The notes under the pieces are model-generated. The model was not told the origin of the DNA. It ran no database searches and saw only the letters and a program-made list of their open reading frames with translations. A stretch of 33,625 nt of DNA from a bacterium (GTDB lineage: Bacteria; Cyanobacteriota; Vampirovibrionia; Gastranaerophilales; Gastranaerophilaceae): contig JAFSWA010000017.1 of assembly GCA_017444705.1 (NCBI GenBank), forward strand, positions 1 to 33,625. Reading direction: 5' to 3'. The position numbers were made by a program, and so were the translations under genes. Shown here piece by piece: positions 32,058 through 33,625 of the stretch (position 1 is its first letter; every line of letters begins with the position of its first letter).

Positions 32058-32489
32058 ATTAATATTCTGAAAGAGTTACCGGCAGATTTTGTGACAAATT
32101 TGAGAAAAATTTTCCCAAAAGCGGACTAAAATATTTCATAAAATTTGTATAATGTGAATACAAAAATGAATATTTTTAAAAATATGGAGAAATGAAAATA
32201 TATTTAAAGTTACTCCCAACGAAGCATTTCGCTATGCAAAACTTACATTTTCTATTTTATTTTCAAGGTGTTGCACTTCTAATTAGAAAAAATCGTTTCT
32301 ATTAATGTAAAGTAATATTACAAAATAAGTTTTTTGTTAACAATTGTAAATTCTTAAAAAATATTGCTATTACTGACAATAAGCCGTATAATAAGATATT
32401 CCCACTTGAAAAAATCCAATAAAAAGTATATAATATATGATGTATATACTCTAATATATAAAAGTGTACTTTTAAAAAAGGATAATGTG

Positions 32490-33625
32490 ATGAAAGATTT
32501 TGTGATTAAGAAATTTACGGAAATGAAAAAAGCTTATTTGAATGGTGCGGCTCACTCGTACGGCTTTACACTCGCTGAAATTACGGTCGTGTTGATTGTA
32601 ATGACGGCTATAATATTGCTTGCAGGCAGAATGGCTTTGTCAGACAGACAAAACGAGTATGACGCAAAATTCAACAAGATTTCATCAAATATTTCATCAA
32701 ATATAAACGCTGACCTTATTTCAAAAACAGGTTTCAGATTCCCGGATTATGATAATAATAATGACGATTTTCAAGACGCAGTAGTGAAAAACCTAAATAA
32801 TCAAGAATGTACTGATTGTTGGCAATACACGCTTGAAAATCCCGACAAATGGACTTTTTATAAACTCAAAGACGGGTCAGTAATAGCTGTAAATAAAGAA
32901 AGTACAGATGTATGGATAGATGTAAACGGAACAAAAGGCCCTAATACTGAGGGCAAAGATGTAAGAGAATATAACCATCCGAGCGAAAGAACAACCTTAG
33001 CTTCCGCTCATATTACTCCTAATGAACCTGATGGTCCTAACCCTCCTCCTGATGAGCCTACACATTGCCTTTGTGATGGAAATAAGGCAATAGGATACAC
33101 TTTTAATTCCGATGACTTTAAATATACATGTGTAGCAACGGGTAGTGATAGTTGCGATTACCAAAAAGCTTGTGTTGATAATATTCCAAAACCGATGTAC
33201 AAACATGGGGCTAATGAAGTTAAACCTGCTTTAAACGATTGTGTATGGTCTGCAACCTGTCCTACAAGCGGAAACAGAAAAGGCGAGGCAGTTTTTGCGA
33301 ATAATACATGGGATTGTCCTTGCAGAAATAAGGCAAAAACAGTTGATTCAACAGTAGATAAAGCAGTACAAAATTCTGAATCATGCGAATGGTCATATAT
33401 ATGTAAAAATTCAGAAAAGAGAGACCCTATTGAAAATGCGACAGCTGTAACATGCTTGTGTAAGAACAGAGATGAATCAAACCATGAAACATCAACAGAA
33501 AAAACAGTAAGCTGGAGTTTAAGTGACAATTGTGATTGGTCTTGCAGTAATTCACGTACAAACCCGGGAGACAATTATCATACTTATTATGAACAAAAAA
33601 CAAATTGCGATTGGGATAAGAAAAA
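32490..33625 (+). CDS. Type IV pilin-like (prepilin N-terminal cleavage/methylation domain) protein with a long Cys-rich repeat region; 3'-partial, runs off the window
   Basis: My own translation gives MKDFVIKKFTEMKKAYLNGAAHSYG|FTLAEITVVLIVMTAIILLAG. That is G-FTLxE followed by a hydrophobic helix. The frame has no stop for about 378 codons to the window end. Absent from the ORF track because it is unterminated. Confidence 0.8.
   Translation, partial: MKDFVIKKFTEMKKAYLNGAAHSYGFTLAEITVVLIVMTAIILLAGRMALSDRQNEYDAKFNKISSNISSNINADLISKTGFRFPDYDNNNDDFQDAVVKNLNNQECTDCWQYTLENPDKWTFYKLKDGSVIAVNKESTDVWIDVNGTKGPNTEGKDVREYNHPSERTTLASAHITPNEPDGPNPPPDEPTHCLCDGNKAIGYTFNSDDFKYTCVATGSDSCDYQKACVDNIPKPMYKHGANEVKPALNDCVWSATCPTSGNRKGEAVFANNTWDCPCRNKAKTVDSTVDKAVQNSESCEWSYICKNSEKRDPIENATAVTCLCKNRDESNHETSTEKTVSWSLSDNCDWSCSNSRTNPGDNYHTYYEQKTNCDWDKK

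Noticed and set aside
32997-33574. Minus-strand track ORFs 32997-33206 and 33158-33574
   Set aside because: They are antisense to the long open pilin-like reading frame, which has a clear prepilin signature. They lack SDs and have no motifs.

Overview
AT-rich bacterial chromosomal window with about 36 credible protein genes and one tRNA. I saw no rRNA, CRISPR array, reverse transcriptase or recognisable defence genes. Left edge (1-1970): the end of an integrated element. A small MerR/excisionase-type HTH gene is coupled to a large serine recombinase whose ORF runs antisense into tRNA-Asn(GTT) and stops in its anticodon loop. On the other side of the tRNA (2155-3200) lies a 5'-truncated, frame-broken phage-like gene remnant. 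The rest is mostly housekeeping, envelope and carbon-storage genes. One tightly packed minus-strand operon (4622-8270) encodes a class-III aminotransferase, an alpha/beta hydrolase with Cys in the nucleophile elbow, a small membrane protein and a secreted K/E-rich protein. Next come a GT35 alpha-glucan phosphorylase-like gene, a patatin-like lipase and a long minus-strand gene train (12049-21260): LeuC-like dehydratase, IPMS/homocitrate-synthase-like, YifB/ComM, DUF721/DciA-like, GltD-like, O-antigen-ligase-like, DUF4330-like and heptose-7-P kinase. Further right are an M48 peptidase, a GH57 branching enzyme, a DUF378 protein, GAPDH, a DtxR/MntR-type repressor, AnmK, an FtsB/DivIC-like protein, an EF-hand protein, KdsC and a type IV pilin-like protein with a Cys-rich repeat region that runs off the right edge. 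The gene content fits a low-GC diderm, possibly Melainabacteria-like, but taxonomy cannot be established from this window. The most noteworthy observations are: (1) the serine-recombinase/tRNA-Asn junction; (2) a lineage-specific family of small proteins sharing an N-terminal M-x-(V/I)-S-F-G motif, with three tandem copies at 25870-27203 and looser relatives elsewhere; (3) a G+C-rich hairpin repeat family at three loci; (4) a co-linear palindrome-plus-TTACA module upstream of both alpha-glucan genes; (5) a phosphorylase homologue lacking the PLP-binding lysine; (6) a T7-tract frame break in a small gene; (7) the pilin-like Cys-repeat protein. I cannot name a single complete novel system with confidence. 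The small-protein family cluster is my best candidate for uncharacterised biology.
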